NCBI GenBank assembly: GCA_965223155.1
Contig: CBDCVR010000013.1
Span: 928,001-992,000 of the forward strand
DNA from: Candidatus Multivoradales bacterium
GTDB lineage: Bacteria; Acidobacteriota; Thermoanaerobaculia; Multivoradales; JAHEKO01
Length of the DNA stretch: 64,000 nucleotides
Direction: 5' to 3'
The notes under the pieces are model-generated. The model saw only the letters and a program-made list of their open reading frames with translations, did no database searches and was not told the origin of the DNA. The translations under genes and the position numbers were made by a program. Shown here piece after piece: positions 26,368-35,439 of the stretch. Position 1 is the stretch's first letter; each line of letters opens with the position of its first letter.

Positions 26368-28014
26368 TTATTTGCAGGTCTTGCTGCCGGGCTTGCCCTT
26401 GCAAGCTCCCGAACAGCACTCGCTGTCGCTGGAGCAGGAAGCTCCCTTGGGCAGCAAGGTGCAGCCACCGCCCGTGGAGCCACAGTCGAGAGCGGCCACG
26501 GCATCGGCCGCCTGCACCAGTCCGAAGCCGTACGCGTTGTCCCGACCGGGATCGCCCAGATCGAGCGCGGTCGTGGTCATCGCATCGCGAATCTCCTGAT
26601 TCGTGCAGGTGGCGTCCTGGCTCCAGACCAGAGCCGCCACACCGGCGACATGAGGCGTCGCCATCGACGTCCCGTCGTAGAACGAGTAGTTGCCGGTGGT
26701 GGTCGTGACCGTCGCCGACTGGCCGGTCATCGTTTCGAGGACCGCACCGTCGGTGCCGGACACGCCTACCGCCGGGATCGAAACCGCGGTTCCGCCGAGG
26801 GTGCCGCTGAAGAGCGCGGCGGCGTTGTTGAAGATGACGGTGCCGACACCGCCCTGGGATTCACACTCCACCACCTTGTCGGCAAAGGAGATGTCCCCCC
26901 GGGAGATGAGGCAAACGCTGCCGGAAGCGCCCGCGCAATCGCCCGGGCTGCCCAGGCCGTCCACGGCGTTGCAGCGGTAGAGCGCGGCCGTGGCGCTGGC
27001 ATCGGGCGAGCCTTCCATCCCGGTCGCCTCGTACCCGGAGCCGCCGACGGTGAGGCTCTCCTCGGTGCCGCCGCCCATGGCTACGGTCGAGCGCACGGCG
27101 ACGCCCGGACCCGAGAGCTCGACCTGACTCGTCTGCTGCGAGAAATCCGCAACCACGTAGGCCGAATCGACGGCAGCGACTGAAACGACTGAATCGTAGG
27201 ACGCCGGGTACGAGTGGCGAGTGTTGCCGTCGTTGCCGGCGGCCGCGATCGACAGCACGCCGTCGTTGTAGGCGCTGTTGAAAGCGCGCTGCTCGGTACG
27301 GTTCTTGAGCGAACCGCCGAGGCTCATGTTGACGATGGTGGCCCCGGCCGCCGTGCAGGCGTCGAGGGCGGCAACCAGATCGGACGAGTAACCCCAGCTA
27401 CAGCCCGAGGGCGAGCTGGCGTCATCCACGAACACCTTGACGATGTGCAAACCGACCGTGCCGCTGGGCGCGACACCCACCACGCCGACGCCGTTGGTCA
27501 GCGCGGCGATGGTCCCGGCAACGTGTGTGCCGTGATGGCAGATCGAAGTCGGGGCCAGCGGATCGCCAGAGCCGGGGTCCGGGCTGGCCTCGCCGGCGCT
27601 CAGCACCCGCAAGTCCTCATGCCCATTGGAGTAGCCGGAGTCGATGACGCAAACCGTCTGGTTACCGGCGGCGGCATCCGAAACCTGGTCCGCCTGAACA
27701 GCGGGAATGCCCCACGGAGTCGTCTGAGCCATCGGATAGCGAACGGCGTCCACCTCGATGTACTCGATGTTGGGATTCTTGCGCAGGCCGTTGAGGGACC
27801 GAGCCGGAATCCGAGCGGCGACCGCGCCCTGATTGGGCAGGTCCCGGAGCACCTGAGCGCCCGCGGCATGCAGGGCCGAACGACCCTTGCCGGCATCCAA
27901 GAATGAAACGATGTAGCGATCGGCGTCGGGCTGCGCGGCCAGGACCGGCAGCGCACCCACGCCAACCACCACGGCGAGAACCAACACGCACGCCCACTTC
28001 AGTGTCTTCTGCAA
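26368..28014 (-). CDS. Secreted S8 subtilisin-like protease: propeptide, PA-domain insertion, C-terminal Cys-rich module
   Basis: VIDSG (D), HGTHVAGT (H), AAAGND, GTSMATPHVAG (S); ISRGDISFADKV PA domain; AGGAGG RBS before TTG 28014. Confidence 0.93.
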   Translation of the reverse strand: MQKTLKWACVLVLAVVVGVGALPVLAAQPDADRYIVSFLDAGKGRSALHAAGAQVLRDLPNQGAVAARIPARSLNGLRKNPNIEYIEVDAVRYPMAQTTPWGIPAVQADQVSDAAAGNQTVCVIDSGYSNGHEDLRVLSAGEASPDPGSGDPLAPTSICHHGTHVAGTIAALTNGVGVVGVAPSGTVGLHIVKVFVDDASSPSGCSWGYSSDLVAALDACTAAGATIVNMSLGGSLKNRTEQRAFNSAYNDGVLSIAAAGNDGNTRHSYPASYDSVVSVAAVDSAYVVADFSQQTSQVELSGPGVAVRSTVAMGGGTEESLTVGGSGYEATGMEGSPDASATAALYRCNAVDGLGSPGDCAGASGSVCLISRGDISFADKVVECESQGGVGTVIFNNAAALFSGTLGGTAVSIPAVGVSGTDGAVLETMTGQSATVTTTTGNYSFYDGTSMATPHVAGVAALVWSQDATCTNQEIRDAMTTTALDLGDPGRDNAYGFGLVQAADAVAALDCGSTGGGCTLLPKGASCSSDSECCSGACKGKPGSKTCK

Positions 28015-28266
28015 TTGATTCCTCCTGTTGTCGTCGTGGCGAACCCCGCCCCCGGACACCTAGGCGGTGCCGGCCCGAGGCTCACAAGGATTGGAAGAGA
28101 AACATAAACCGGGCGGATCGGACCACAGCAGCCGAATATTGTCAACTTTCGATGGTTTCGGGGCCCCAGAACGGCAAGATTTCGACAGCCACCGGCGTTG
28201 CCGCGTTCGTACGATCTCTTAGCATGCCGGCTCACCCGTGCCGCAATCCCGAAAGGAGCCACAGCC

Positions 28267-28779
28267 ATGGTCCCAACCCGATGCCTCGGTCTGATCGCAG
28301 TCCTCGCCATCACCGGAGCCGCTGCCGCGCAAACGCCTCCGCCCGCCTGCTCGGATGAGAAATCTCACGACTTCGACTTCTGGATCGGAGAGTGGGACGT
28401 CTACTCGGGCGACCAGCTCGCGGGCACCAATTCGATCCGACCTATCCTGGACGGCTGCGTGCTTCAAGAGACCTGGGCCGGAGCCACTGGGGCCGCGGGA
28501 TCCAGTTTCAACTTCTACAACCCAGCGACCAAACAATGGCAGCAGTTCTGGGTCTGGCGTAACGGCACGACCCTCGAGGTCGCCGGCGGCCACGCCGACG
28601 GCAAGATGCACTTGACGGGAACCTCGAAGGACCCTCAGGGCAACGACGTCCAGCACCGGATCACCTGGTACGACAACGAGAACGGCACCGTACGCCAGCA
28701 CTGGGAAGCGTCCCGGGACGGCGGCAAGACCTGGACGACCGCTTTCGACGGTCTCTACAAGCGGCGCACCGACTCGTAG
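28267..28779 (+). CDS. Secreted hypothetical beta-barrel-type protein (DUF1579-like)
   Basis: Signal peptide AAA|Q; DFDFWIGEWDV, WQQFWV, SRDGGKTW; AAGGAG RBS. Confidence 0.8.
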   Translation: MVPTRCLGLIAVLAITGAAAAQTPPPACSDEKSHDFDFWIGEWDVYSGDQLAGTNSIRPILDGCVLQETWAGATGAAGSSFNFYNPATKQWQQFWVWRNGTTLEVAGGHADGKMHLTGTSKDPQGNDVQHRITWYDNENGTVRQHWEASRDGGKTWTTAFDGLYKRRTDS

Positions 28780-28830
28780 CAGTCGGAACGGCAGCGCACC
28801 TCCCCACCGCGAGAGCGCCGACCCAAGACG

Positions 28831-29730
28831 CTATCCTCCCTCGAGCCCGAGCCGCCGGTACCAGTCCGCGGTACCCCGTCCGATCTCGTGCGGATACTCC
28901 TCGGGCGTGAAGTGCCGGCCCTTGCCCAGGAAGACCGTCTCGAGGTTGGGCAAGCGCCCGGACAGATCCTCGGCGACGGCAGGCGGAATAATGAACGCCG
29001 GCTCGACGTAGAACAGGAGCTTGGGCAGCTCGCCTGTCTGCAGCCACTCGTAGTAGGCGGTGACGGCGTCGTGCACCTCCGGCGGCTCGCCATCGAACGG
29101 AATCTGCGTAGGCCACACCCGCATCGCCTCCCGGTGCTCCGGATCCAGGTAGGGCTCCCGGTAGTGCGCCATCTCGGCGTCGAGGAACGGCCGCGCCGTC
29201 CCCGCGGGCAGGAGCTCTTCGACGAAGGCGTTCCTGGCCATCACCATGCGGCGGCCCTTGGCCGGATGGCGCAGGCGGCGGAAGACGAGGCGCAGCGGAA
29301 ACGGTAGGTCCCGTAGGCGGGCCGGCCGGACGATGGCCTCCATGAAAACCAGGCCCTTGATCCTCTCCGGATGGCGCCGGGCCCAGTGGAAGCCAAGGGC
29401 ACTGCCCCAGTCGTGCAGCACGAGCGTGACGCGATCGAGCTCGAGCCGGTCCAAGAGCTCGTCCAAGTACAGCGCGTGCTCGGCAAAGGTGTAGCCGATG
29501 TCCGGTTTGTCCGAGCGCCCCATGCCGATGAGGTCGGGCGCCACACACCTGCCCAGACCGGACAGATGCGGAACGACGTTGCGCCATAGGTAGGACCAAG
29601 TGGGGTTGCCATGGAGCAGGACAAACGGGTCGCCCCGCCCTTCGTCCAGAAAATGCATCCGCGAACCGCGAACTCGAAGCCAGTTGGCTTCGAACGGGTA
29701 ATCGGTCGAGAGCGATGCTTGGTCCGGCAT
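28831..29730 (-). CDS. Haloalkane dehalogenase (HLD-II, DhaA/LinB-like)
   Basis: LHGNPTWSYLWRNV, APDLIGMGRSDKP, HDWG (nucleophile D + halide-binding W), FMEA (E), RHFTPEE (H). Confidence 0.88.
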   Translation of the reverse strand: MPDQASLSTDYPFEANWLRVRGSRMHFLDEGRGDPFVLLHGNPTWSYLWRNVVPHLSGLGRCVAPDLIGMGRSDKPDIGYTFAEHALYLDELLDRLELDRVTLVLHDWGSALGFHWARRHPERIKGLVFMEAIVRPARLRDLPFPLRLVFRRLRHPAKGRRMVMARNAFVEELLPAGTARPFLDAEMAHYREPYLDPEHREAMRVWPTQIPFDGEPPEVHDAVTAYYEWLQTGELPKLLFYVEPAFIIPPAVAEDLSGRLPNLETVFLGKGRHFTPEEYPHEIGRGTADWYRRLGLEGG

Positions 29731-29836
29731 ACGCCAAGCCTAACGGATGGTCGCACGAGGCACGCGCTCCTGGCCAAGACCCTCAACGCACCGGAGCACG
29801 GTCTCCGCATTCGGTCGGGCCATCCGTGGTCTGACA

Positions 29837-29915
29837 GTCAGGCTTCCTTGACTTTTCTTCCATTTTCCTAGACTTTCTGCTAGGTTATCTTATCGATTTA
29901 TCTAGTTTCCTTGAC
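29837..29915. promoter_or_regulatory. AT-rich promoter region with four degenerate 16-bp palindromic boxes at exact 21-bp period
   Basis: 29837 gtcaggcttccttgac; 29858 ttccattttcctagac; 29879 gctaggttatcttatc; 29900 atctagtttccttgac; TTGACT -35-like hexamers overlap boxes 1 and 4. Confidence 0.6.
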
Positions 29916-29965
29916 TTCAAGGAACGAGCCCATCGCTCGCCCTGTCTCCATACGAGGTACCAACC

Positions 29966-30553
29966 ATGAGCTCCACCGTCACCTACGCGATGAAACTCTG
30001 GCAGTCCTGCGCCAGCCCGACCGCCGGCTGGCTCCTGGTGGGCCTGCCCTTCGCCCTCTTGGCCCTCGGCGCCGGGCAGGACGTCGCCGGGGCAATGACC
30101 CGGCTGCTGGCGGTCCTACTAGTCGCCGGATTGCTCTGGGCTCGAGGGCTCGGACCGGCCGGCCTCTGGGCCGATCGGGTCTTCACCGCTCTGTGGCTCC
30201 TCGGCTGGGCCGGCGCCTTGGGATCGATCACCACGGCGCGCGGCTGGCCCGAGTCTCCGTCCGGCTCGCTGAGCTTTGTGGTGGCGCTCTTCGTCGGCGC
30301 CGGGTGGCTGAGCTGGGCGGTTCACCAACGCCTTGAGGCTCCCCGGGATGCCGAATTCGATACCGACGCTCCCGCCATGCCCGCGCCGCCTGTCGCGGTG
30401 GTCGCCACCTGGACGCTTGCGGTCCTGGCCTTTGCTCTTCTCTATCGCGAAGGCCTCGTCGGCTGGGCGGACTCGGTCGTGGTGGGCTCCGCGCTCGCCC
30501 TCTTCACGGCATTTCAGCGATTCGAAGCGCCGACCGCTGAAGAGGCCGGCTAG
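29966..30553 (+). CDS. Hypothetical membrane protein (about 6 TM)
   Basis: GAGG RBS; hydrophobic segments; upstream of the XRE regulator on the same strand. Confidence 0.7.
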   Translation: MSSTVTYAMKLWQSCASPTAGWLLVGLPFALLALGAGQDVAGAMTRLLAVLLVAGLLWARGLGPAGLWADRVFTALWLLGWAGALGSITTARGWPESPSGSLSFVVALFVGAGWLSWAVHQRLEAPRDAEFDTDAPAMPAPPVAVVATWTLAVLAFALLYREGLVGWADSVVVGSALALFTAFQRFEAPTAEEAG

Positions 30554-30610
30554 CACCAGCGGCGCGACGGCCGGGAAGCGGCCGCAGCGATTCCGAGCGA
30601 TGCCGCAGCC

Positions 30611-30841
30611 ATGAAGAACCGGCTCAAGGTCCTGCGCGCCGAGCGGGACTGGTCGCAAGCCGATCTGGCCGAGCGCCTGGGCGTCTCCCGGCAGTCGGTC
30701 AACGCGGTCGAGCGCGGCAAGCACGCCCCCAGCCTGCCGCTTGCCTTCCGGATCGCCCACGTCTTCGGCCACCGGATTGACGAGATCTTCTTTCCGGAAC
30801 CGGCGCCGGTCCATGGCTCGGACGCCCAGCCGAGGGACTGA
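30611..30841 (+). CDS. Small XRE/Cro-family HTH transcriptional regulator
   Basis: MKNRLKVLRAERDWSQADLAERLGVSRQSVNAVERGKHAPSLPLAFRIA. Confidence 0.95.
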   Translation: MKNRLKVLRAERDWSQADLAERLGVSRQSVNAVERGKHAPSLPLAFRIAHVFGHRIDEIFFPEPAPVHGSDAQPRD

Positions 30842-30896
30842 GCGGGCCGCGAACTTGGGTGTCCCGCATCGATCCGGATAGTCTCGAGCCGGTCTC

Positions 30897-31682
30897 ATGC
30901 AGTACAAGATCGGCATCGTCCTTTCCGGCGGCGGCACTCGCGGCGTCGCCCATATCGGAGTCTTGCAGGCGCTCCGGGAGCACGGCATCGAGCCGGAGTG
31001 CATCGCCGGAACCAGCGCCGGCGCCCTGGTCGGCGCGCTCTACGCCGCCGGCTACTCGGCCGAGGAGATGCTGGAGTTCTTCGCTCGCAAGCGGCCCTTC
31101 GCGGTCTCCAAGTTCTCTCTCGCCAAGCCCGGCCTCGTGGACACCCACAAGGTCTGGGACGACTTCCACGAATACTTCCCCGACGACCGATTCGAGGCGC
31201 TCCAGCGCAAGCTCTTCGTCACCGCCACCGACATCGTCAACGCCCGCCAGGAGATCGTCACCTCCGGACCTTTGGTGGCCGCTCTCCTGGCCTCCTCGGC
31301 GATCCCGATGGTCTTTACCCCGATCCAGATCGAAGGGCGCTGGTTCGCCGACGGCGGCATCATCAACAACTTCCCGATCGAGCCCCTCAAGGTCCTGTGC
31401 GACGCCATCCTCGGCGTCTACGCCTCGCCGCTACGCACCGCCGACAGGATTGACTTGAAGAGCGCATGGGCGGTCTCGCAGCGGGCCTTCGAGGTCGCCA
31501 TGTACCACGGTTCGAAAGGCAAGTTCCGCGAGTGCGACATGCTTCTCTGTCCCGAGGAGCTGGGCGCCTACGGTGCCTTCGACACCAAGCGCATGGACGA
31601 GATCTACGAGATCGGATACCGCTCGGCGATCCGGCGCATGGACGCGATCCAGCGTCGCCTGGAGGCCAAGCTTTGCCTCTAG
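30897..31682 (+). CDS. Patatin-like phospholipase
   Basis: LSGGGTRG, GTSAG (nucleophile), DGG motif. Confidence 0.93.
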   Translation: MQYKIGIVLSGGGTRGVAHIGVLQALREHGIEPECIAGTSAGALVGALYAAGYSAEEMLEFFARKRPFAVSKFSLAKPGLVDTHKVWDDFHEYFPDDRFEALQRKLFVTATDIVNARQEIVTSGPLVAALLASSAIPMVFTPIQIEGRWFADGGIINNFPIEPLKVLCDAILGVYASPLRTADRIDLKSAWAVSQRAFEVAMYHGSKGKFRECDMLLCPEELGAYGAFDTKRMDEIYEIGYRSAIRRMDAIQRRLEAKLCL

Positions 31683-31737
31683 CCAGGATCCCGGCAAGCC
31701 GGTCCGGCTTCCAGGCCGGCTCGACGTCGGTGCAGCG

Positions 31738-32754
31738 CTAGCCGGCGCGACGCGATTCGCTTCGCGCCGAGCGCAGGGCCGCGATCGAGAAGCTGAGCGG
31801 AATCAGCACCAGGGTCAGGGCGTAGAAGCGGACCCCCGGCAGGTTGGCCTGAGCCTGGGGGGCCAGGGCGCCGATCAGATTCGAGACCGTCACCGGCAGC
31901 AGGCCCAGCAGCGTGCCGCCCAGCATCAGGTTGAGCCCGTGCTGCCGGCGCTCGTCGAAGCTCGACTTGCGAAAGCGCCGAATCATGGCCACCAAGGCCC
32001 ATCCGAAGAAGCTCACAATGAAGACTCCGACCAGAACCCCGACGATGCGGTTGAAGCTGCCGGTGGCGTCAGGCTGGGCCACGGTCATGAAGAGAAAGAA
32101 CAGCGCCAGGGCGATGGCCGGTGCATACATGGCGGTCGAAGCCCAGACCTTGGACAGGAATCGACGCGGCGCGGGAAAGGCCATCAGGTAGTGAACCAGA
32201 AACGCGAAGCCCAAAATCACCGCCGAGGTCGAGATCGCCCCGCCCAGGGTGCGCAGGAAATAGGACGGCGAGTACGGCGCCGGGATGAACGCCACGGCGA
32301 AGCACAGTCCGAAAAGAGCCAGGATCAGCGTCGACGCCGAGGGCACCCTATGAAACGCCCAAAGGGGAAACAGCAGGAAGCAAAATCCGGTCACGGCGTA
32401 GGCGAGGGAGGCCAGAAGCAGTGGTGGAGAAAGCTTCTCGTAGACCAGCTCGATCTCGCGCCGCATGCCGTCGTGGGTGACGACAAAGGTCCGGGCCTCG
32501 CCGACCGCCGGGCGCTCGCGCCGTGCCAGAGCCTTGGTGTCGGTGATTGAGATCCCGCCGATGCTCTCGATGACATCGCCTGGCGCCAGGCCCGCCTTCT
32601 CCGCCGCGCTTCCGGGAAAGACCCGCATGACGTCGTTGTCGGGACCGCGGAAGAACCCTGCGTAAGGCACGTTGCCGAGGTCCATCAGCCCGAGAAAGCC
32701 CACGATGGCGACGATCGCGGCCACGAGAAATAAAACGGGCTTGTACTGGGCCAT
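31738..32754 (-). CDS. Membrane protein: N-terminal TM, PDZ domain and 7 TM helices
   Basis: VFPGSAAEKAGLAPGDVIESIGG (PDZ), then seven hydrophobic segments; start ATG 32754. Confidence 0.82.
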   Translation of the reverse strand: MAQYKPVLFLVAAIVAIVGFLGLMDLGNVPYAGFFRGPDNDVMRVFPGSAAEKAGLAPGDVIESIGGISITDTKALARRERPAVGEARTFVVTHDGMRREIELVYEKLSPPLLLASLAYAVTGFCFLLFPLWAFHRVPSASTLILALFGLCFAVAFIPAPYSPSYFLRTLGGAISTSAVILGFAFLVHYLMAFPAPRRFLSKVWASTAMYAPAIALALFFLFMTVAQPDATGSFNRIVGVLVGVFIVSFFGWALVAMIRRFRKSSFDERRQHGLNLMLGGTLLGLLPVTVSNLIGALAPQAQANLPGVRFYALTLVLIPLSFSIAALRSARSESRRAG

Positions 32755-32884
32755 TCTGCCTCTCCTTCGCCAAGAAGACCGACCCGCGGTCTTCCCGGCC
32801 GGGCTAGCTCTTCCTACGCGGACTCGACCCGAAGGTTTGCCGCTTCGAGCCAGACCGAGGGTCAGGTGTCTGCCGGCCAAGGTA

Positions 32885-33790
32885 TCAGGACGGACTCGGT
32901 CGAGACAAACGCCGGACGGCGGCCGCCGTCAGGCGCCGCTTGACGCCGGCCACGAACCGGTCAAGGGCCGGCGGCGACTGGGGAAAAAACAGCGACGGTT
33001 CGATGAGCTCGAGCTCCATGACCGCCGGCTCGCAGCCGTCGGTCTCGAGGGGCGCTAGATCGATCCGCGCGTAGAGCAACTCGACGTTCAGGTGCGCCCG
33101 GACCGCGTCGATCGCGCGCTGCGCCAACTCGCGCTCGGCCGCCGCGATCGCGACCGGTCGAGGGTCCACCGATTCGTCGTCCCCCTCGAACCGCGGACGC
33201 TTGCGCACGGCGTGGGTCAGCTCGCCGTCGATCCACACCAAGGCCCGCTCGCCGTAGGTCGCGACCGTCGGCACGAACGCCTGCACCAGGACGTCGCCGG
33301 CCCGGACCAGATCCCGCAGGTGCATCTCGCCGGCTTCGATCGCGGACGCCTCCACCAGCAGGGTCCGGTAGGACGCCGCGGAAACCGCTGGCTTGACCAC
33401 CGCGACGCGCCACCTCCGGCGCTCGAGGACGGCCGTCAGGAGCTCGCCCGAACCGGCGGCTACGAGCTCGGTGGGCACGGTTCGGAGCCCCCACCGCTCG
33501 AGTTCGAGAAGATAGGACTTGTGCAGGTTCCAACGCACCGCCGGCAACGGGTTCCAGAGCTCGGAGACCGCCGCCGCTTGCTGGGCCCAGGCCAAGAACC
33601 GGTCCGGCGCATGGGGATAGTTCCAGGTCGAGCGCAGGATGGTCAGCGCCGCCCGGTCCCAAACCTCACCGGCACCGTCCCACGGCCGCACCGCGCAGGA
33701 AATACCAGCGCGCCGGAGTCCATCCACTAGCGGTCGCTCGTCGTGGTCCGGTTCCGGCAACTCGGCACAAGAGGCCAGCTGGACGTCCAC
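32885..33790 (-). CDS. RimK/glutathione-synthetase-like ATP-grasp protein
   Basis: RSTWNY, WNLHKSYL, VVKPAVSAAS, YARID, VMELELIEPSLF; start GTG 33790 is an estimate. Confidence 0.85.
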   Translation of the reverse strand: MDVQLASCAELPEPDHDERPLVDGLRRAGISCAVRPWDGAGEVWDRAALTILRSTWNYPHAPDRFLAWAQQAAAVSELWNPLPAVRWNLHKSYLLELERWGLRTVPTELVAAGSGELLTAVLERRRWRVAVVKPAVSAASYRTLLVEASAIEAGEMHLRDLVRAGDVLVQAFVPTVATYGERALVWIDGELTHAVRKRPRFEGDDESVDPRPVAIAAAERELAQRAIDAVRAHLNVELLYARIDLAPLETDGCEPAVMELELIEPSLFFPQSPPALDRFVAGVKRRLTAAAVRRLSRPSPS

Positions 33791-33872
33791 GGCCGGAGCC
33801 TGCCGCAAAGCCGAGCCACCCTCGTCCACACGGTCCCCCAAAGAACGTACTCGATCCGCGAACTCGACCCGG

Positions 33873-34559
33873 TCAGTGCGGAAAGGCGGGCTCGGCCATG
33901 ACCTCCACGATCTGAGCATTGTGGCGCATGTTGTGAAGGCCGATCATCACGATCCACTGGAAGCCGTTCACCGGACCAAACGCCGGATGCTCGGCCGCGT
34001 ACATCTTGACCGGCGCGTCCGTCTCCCGCACGAAGGCGACCCACTTGTCCCGAGACTCGGCCAGGCGCGCCAGCGCCTCGGCCCGTCCCAGCTCGCCGCT
34101 GGGCGCGAACGGGGCGGGTGCCTGGAACTTCCGGAGCCGGTTCGGCATGAACTTGTAGATCGCCGTCATTGTAGTGCCCAGCTCGTCCCAGCCCTCGTAG
34201 GCGTCCCCGGCCATGGCCTCCTCGAGAGCACCGAAGAGTCCCTCGGTGGCAGCCAGGTGCTCGACGACCTCGCCGACGCTCCACCGGTCCTCGGCGGGCT
34301 TCCACACCCAGGCCTCATCCGAGAGATCCGAGACCTTCTCCAGCAAGTACTGATGGGTGCCTTCGAGCAGCAGCACCAGCTCGTCACGCTCCTTGTCGGT
34401 CAACTGGGCGGCAGAAGTGTCCGAGCCCTCGGAACTCTCGACCTCCTCATCCTGGCTCGCGCTCGTTTCGTGCCCATCAGCCCGGAGCCCGGGAGCCACG
34501 GCCACCAGCAAGGCGAGAGCAATCCAGCTCGTGTTGCGTAGAACTCTAGTCTTCGTCAT
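33873..34559 (-). CDS. DinB/YfiT-family protein with signal peptide
   Basis: WSVGEVVEHL, HNMRHNAQI His triad; AAAGGAG RBS before ATG 34559; hydrophobic signal. Confidence 0.85.
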   Translation of the reverse strand: MTKTRVLRNTSWIALALLVAVAPGLRADGHETSASQDEEVESSEGSDTSAAQLTDKERDELVLLLEGTHQYLLEKVSDLSDEAWVWKPAEDRWSVGEVVEHLAATEGLFGALEEAMAGDAYEGWDELGTTMTAIYKFMPNRLRKFQAPAPFAPSGELGRAEALARLAESRDKWVAFVRETDAPVKMYAAEHPAFGPVNGFQWIVMIGLHNMRHNAQIVEVMAEPAFPH

Positions 34560-34708
34560 CGTAGAGGCTCCTTTCAGCTTGGTTCTATCGGCCCATCGGC
34601 CCCATTCGGTCCCCCGGTCCGGCCGGTCGCCAGCGGCCTCCGGCATGGATCCTGCGAGGGATACGCATTGTAGCGAAACGTCCTGGCAGCAAGCCCTGGA
34701 GGAACCCC

Positions 34709-35305
34709 ATGTCCAAGAAGAACCAGCCGACAGTCTTGTGGATTCTGGTCGTCGCCACGGTCCTCGGCGGCCCGCACGCCGCCAGGGCGGAAAATCCCTT
34801 CTACCTCTTCGGAAAAATCGGCTCGACCGAAGTCGATGTCCAGCTCGAGGACGCCTTCGACCGCATCCTGGACGGCGACGACGACAGCCGGGGCTACGGC
34901 CTGGGCGCACGGTTCGGAGACCATCTGGTCTTCGAGCTCCAGTACCAGGACTTCGGTGAGGTACCGGGCTTTGCCGGGCCTTGCGACGACACCAAGCTGT
35001 GCGTTGCCCAGGTGGTGCCGGTGGCGGGCGCGACCGAGGCCTACTCGCTGTCCTTCCTTCCTCACTGGCCGCTCTCCGAGCGTTTTTCCGTGTACGGCAA
35101 GATCGGGGTCGTGTCCTGGGAAACCGAGCTCTCGGAGGTCTTGCCCGACATTGAAACCCGAATCGACACCGTCGACGACGAAGACCTCGTCTACGGCGCG
35201 GGACTGCGTTTTCTGCTACCTGGCCCCTTCGGCGTCTTCCTCGAGTTCGAACGCTTCGCCGACAGCTTCGAGACGCTTTCGGCCGGTGCCACCTGGGGTT
35301 TCTAG
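34709..35305 (+). CDS. Outer-membrane beta-barrel protein (OmpA-like transmembrane domain)
   Basis: Signal ARA|E, ELQYQDFG, YGAGLRF, C-terminal aromatic ATWGF; GGAGG RBS. Confidence 0.87.
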   Translation: MSKKNQPTVLWILVVATVLGGPHAARAENPFYLFGKIGSTEVDVQLEDAFDRILDGDDDSRGYGLGARFGDHLVFELQYQDFGEVPGFAGPCDDTKLCVAQVVPVAGATEAYSLSFLPHWPLSERFSVYGKIGVVSWETELSEVLPDIETRIDTVDDEDLVYGAGLRFLLPGPFGVFLEFERFADSFETLSAGATWGF

Positions 35306-35439
35306 ACCGACCGTCCTACCCAGAGTCGGTCCCAGAACCGCGGGCCCCTCGCCTGTTTCGTCAGGCTCCGTCCCCGGCCATGCCGGACTCCGCGGACACG
35401 GCTAGCCAGCCGCCTCGACGGACGGTATCTTAGGCCGCC

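Noticed and set aside
28117-28145. Perfect TTGACA -35 on the minus strand upstream of the S8 protease
   Set aside because: No credible -10 hexamer at 16-18 nt spacing, so no promoter was called
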